Of a stretch of DNA of 64,000 nucleotides, positions 61,291-64,000 are shown in pieces. Position numbers and translations under genes: made by a program. The stretch lies in the NCBI RefSeq assembly GCF_901765095.1, contig NC_044037.1, forward strand, positions 104,423,279-104,487,278. Direction: 5' to 3'. Under the pieces are notes generated by a model. That model was not told where the DNA came from. It made no database searches and was given only the letters and a program-made list of their open reading frames with translations. Source of the DNA: Microcaecilia unicolor (taxonomy: Eukaryota). Every line of letters begins with the position of its first letter. The stretch's first letter is position 1.

Positions 61291-63904
61291 GAATGATAAT
61301 CATCTGACCCTCAAACCTGGGAATTTACTGGACTAAATACTTGCATAAGGATGCTAATATGGGGATCAGAATCATATTAATTATCTTGTAGGCTCACTAG
61401 GAGCCCATCTTCTCTTGAGGATTTAACATTTGATCTGGGGAAAGTCACTGCTTAACCCAGGGGGTAATTAACATTGTTATGGTATAAGCCAATCATCAGA
61501 ATTAAATGTGTAGCATGATGTTGTGTTGGGTCAGATACATATATATATATATATATATTTGTGCAGCTTTTAAAAATACACTGCAGCAGAACTGTCTTTC
61601 ATTCCAAAAGCCCTCTTCCCTCTCCCTTTGGGGAATCTCATTCCTTAAACAAAAGACTTAAGACTGCTTTAAAGTTTTAAATTGACTCTATTCCTCTGAT
61701 CAACACAACAAAGATTGGACCTAACCAGTAGAGGCAAGGAGACAAGCAGGTGGGAAAGGTGTGAATACCCCATTGAAGACAAAGGCTTCAGAGGGGAAAC
61801 CATAAACAGGACATTTGCTTGTCAAAGGTATACCTGCCCCTCCCATCAGCTTTCAGACATGTGCAGAAAGGAAGGACTTGTAATGTGTATCTGCTCCAGA
61901 GACTGAGCAGGAAGCCTTTTCACATCAAAAGACCATTTGTCAGCAAGATCCAGACAGCAAGTCTTGTGATGTCATAAGACATGAGACCAAGATACCACAA
62001 TGCTTTGCAAATGCCCAAGGGTCATGTGGAAACCAGGACAAAGATCCACATGGCATATCCTCCTGCAGCTTGCAAGATATAAAAGCAAAAGCTGTTTCCC
62101 CAAGATTCAGATTCTCTTCAACTGCAAGCAACTCAGGAATCCACTCACTGCAGAAGCCCTCCTGTCCTGCAAACATGTGCTTACCTAATGCTGTTCATAC
62201 TGTGTAACAAGGACTTGTAAGTAACATAACTTTTGATCTAGACCTGCTACCTTGCCTTACTTAAGCACAGATTATCTGTAAAGATCTCTTAAAACCTACC
62301 TCTCGTGTGCAATTGTATATTAAATCAACCTTTTTGAAGCTAAAAATACGGTCTCTTTGTGTTCTGAGTATATGGTATCTTTTATGTATACTTAATTTAT
62401 TTAATTTATTGCAATTATCACCTTTGGTGATTGGTGGAGAAATTAATATCCTAAAACTTATAAATATAGCACCTGCTCTTAAATTATAAACAGTAGCGAG
62501 TGCTCTAGAGCTCTTTCCCCCAAGATAAATCATTTCTTGTAACAACATCAAATCTTGCTTCTTTTTGGGATTCTGCCAGGTACTTGTGACATGAACTGGC
62601 CACTGCTGGAAATAGGATACTGGGCTAGATGGACCCTTGGATCGACCCAGTAGGGCAGTTCTTATGTTCTTTTGTTCTACATCAGTGGTTCTCAACCAGT
62701 CCTTGGTGCACACCCAGCCAGTTGGGTTTTCAGAATATCCACAATCAATATGCATGCAATAGATTTGCATACCAAAGAGGCAGTACATGCAAATGTATCT
62801 CATGCATAATCACTGTGGATATCATGACAACCTGACTGGCTGGGTGAGCCCCAAGGGCTGGGTTGAGAAGCACTGTTCTACATCATTAATTGTATCTAAT
62901 ATCTATGGAATTATCTTCTATTAATGTTTGGGGCTAAACTATATCCCCCCAAAAGATCTTAATATTTACTAATTATTTCTTGTTTGACTGAGGAGTATAA
63001 GATTTCAATAATTGTATGAAGTCTTTATAGATAAGATTCAATTGAGTGATAAAGCCTCCACTGTGAATGTATTTCTACCTCCCTAGCTTATCTCAACCTG
63101 TACACTGAGTAAGTAAGAGAGAATGTGGCTGCACTTGTTCCTGTGGGTGCAGAATTTACAGTTGGTTTGGTTCATTGTATACATTCCTTTCTTAGAAAAA
63201 ATATTGTTAAGCTCATAGTTTGCTTAAGCAAGGACTGAGTTAGCAGCCCAACGAGAATGTGGTCAAGGGTGTGGCTTGGATCGGGCACAAACTCAGAGAT
63301 GCACAAGGTTTACAAGAAAAAGGGAAATATTTTATTATTTGACACACCATGTGCCCCCTGTTACTCACAGGCTTTCATCCAGCACAAGTCCCGCACAAGC
63401 CTAGCCCAACACATTGTCTATTCACATCAAAAGAAGTACTTTCTGAATGTAACTCAAGGTGTCTCCTGCTTTTCCAGTCTTCCCACACAATTCTGGTACC
63501 AGTGAAGCCTGAGCCACACCACTTCACTGGTTGTCTCCTCAGTTACTACAGCTCAGCTTGCAGTGGAGTCCTCTCCTCTCTGAACCTCCCTCCTTGAAAC
63601 CTCTGTATTGGGGCCTCCCTCTCTTTCAGTGACTCAGGGCATTTAATGCCCTCCTGGTCTGAGCCCCGCCCCTCTGACAGCCTCAGTCTCAGCAGACTAG
63701 TGCCACATGCTTCCAGGTGACTGAACTGCATCATCAGTGAGGAAGTGCTCTTCACTATACCATCCACTCCCTTAGGGGACTATTTGTAAACTCTCTGTCT
63801 TTTAAATTTCTTGATTAAGAATCAAAAGTCTCTTCCCTGTCTTGAAAAATTCATCCCAGAGTATTAATAGAACTGAAAAATGAACTTGTAGAGCTACTGT
63901 TAGT

Positions 63905-64000
63905 AATATGCAATCTATCCCTAAAATCGAGTGTGGTACCGGAAGACTGGAGGGTAGCCAATGTTACGCCAATTTTTCAAAATGGTTCCAGAGGAGATCC
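63905..64000 (+). mobile_element. Start of another 5'-truncated CR1 copy running off the window end
   Basis: ccggaagactggagggtagccaatgttacgccaatttttcaaaatggttccagaggagatcc is near-identical to 2700-2770 (IPEDWRVANVTPIFKKGSRGDP). Confidence 0.8.

Noticed and set aside
1-64000. Possibility that the window contains a prokaryotic-style novel system (defence island, CRISPR array, operon)
   Set aside because: The sequence is eukaryotic. It has canonical GT-AG spliced exons of a vertebrate gene (MVP), tRNA-derived SINEs, CR1/L2 LINE reverse-transcriptase ORFs and TE-dense introns. There are no compact operon-like ORF arrays, no ribosome-binding-site architecture and no repeat-spacer array.

Overview
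This window is eukaryotic (vertebrate) nuclear DNA, not a prokaryotic locus, so there is no operon structure, CRISPR array or defence island to report. That rests on GT-AG introns, tRNA-derived SINEs and CR1/L2-type LINE reverse-transcriptase ORFs; the repeat content suggests a non-mammalian tetrapod but I cannot name the species. The one confidently identified host gene is a complete major vault protein gene (MVP) on the minus strand. It has 16 coding exons from the ATG at 42156 to the TGA at 13257-13259, about 29 kb. The exons are in phase and together give a self-consistent 852-aa ORF (2559 nt including stop) that aligns end to end with vertebrate MVP, from [20 protein letters not shown] through the [23 protein letters not shown] helix region near the C-terminus. 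The rest of the window, including the MVP introns, is packed with interspersed repeats. These include at least two LINE families (a CR1-like element with a near-intact 479-aa ORF2 and a second family with a distinctive 3' tail), tRNA-derived SINEs and several MITE-like perfect-hairpin palindrome families. Two 45-50 bp tandem repeat (satellite-like) families sit inside composite elements, and there are many 14-24 nt poly-G/poly-C tracts plus microsatellites. Beyond the gene itself, the points worth a second look are a candidate TATA-less ETS-type MVP promoter, the hairpin families inside the MVP transcription unit, and inverted LINE copies bracketing the gene. No neighbouring genes (for example the mammalian neighbours CDIPT or PAGR1) could be recognised. 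Most other ORFs of 60 aa or more in the supplied track are translations of low-complexity or palindromic repeats. Exon boundaries were placed by hand and could each be off by a few nt.
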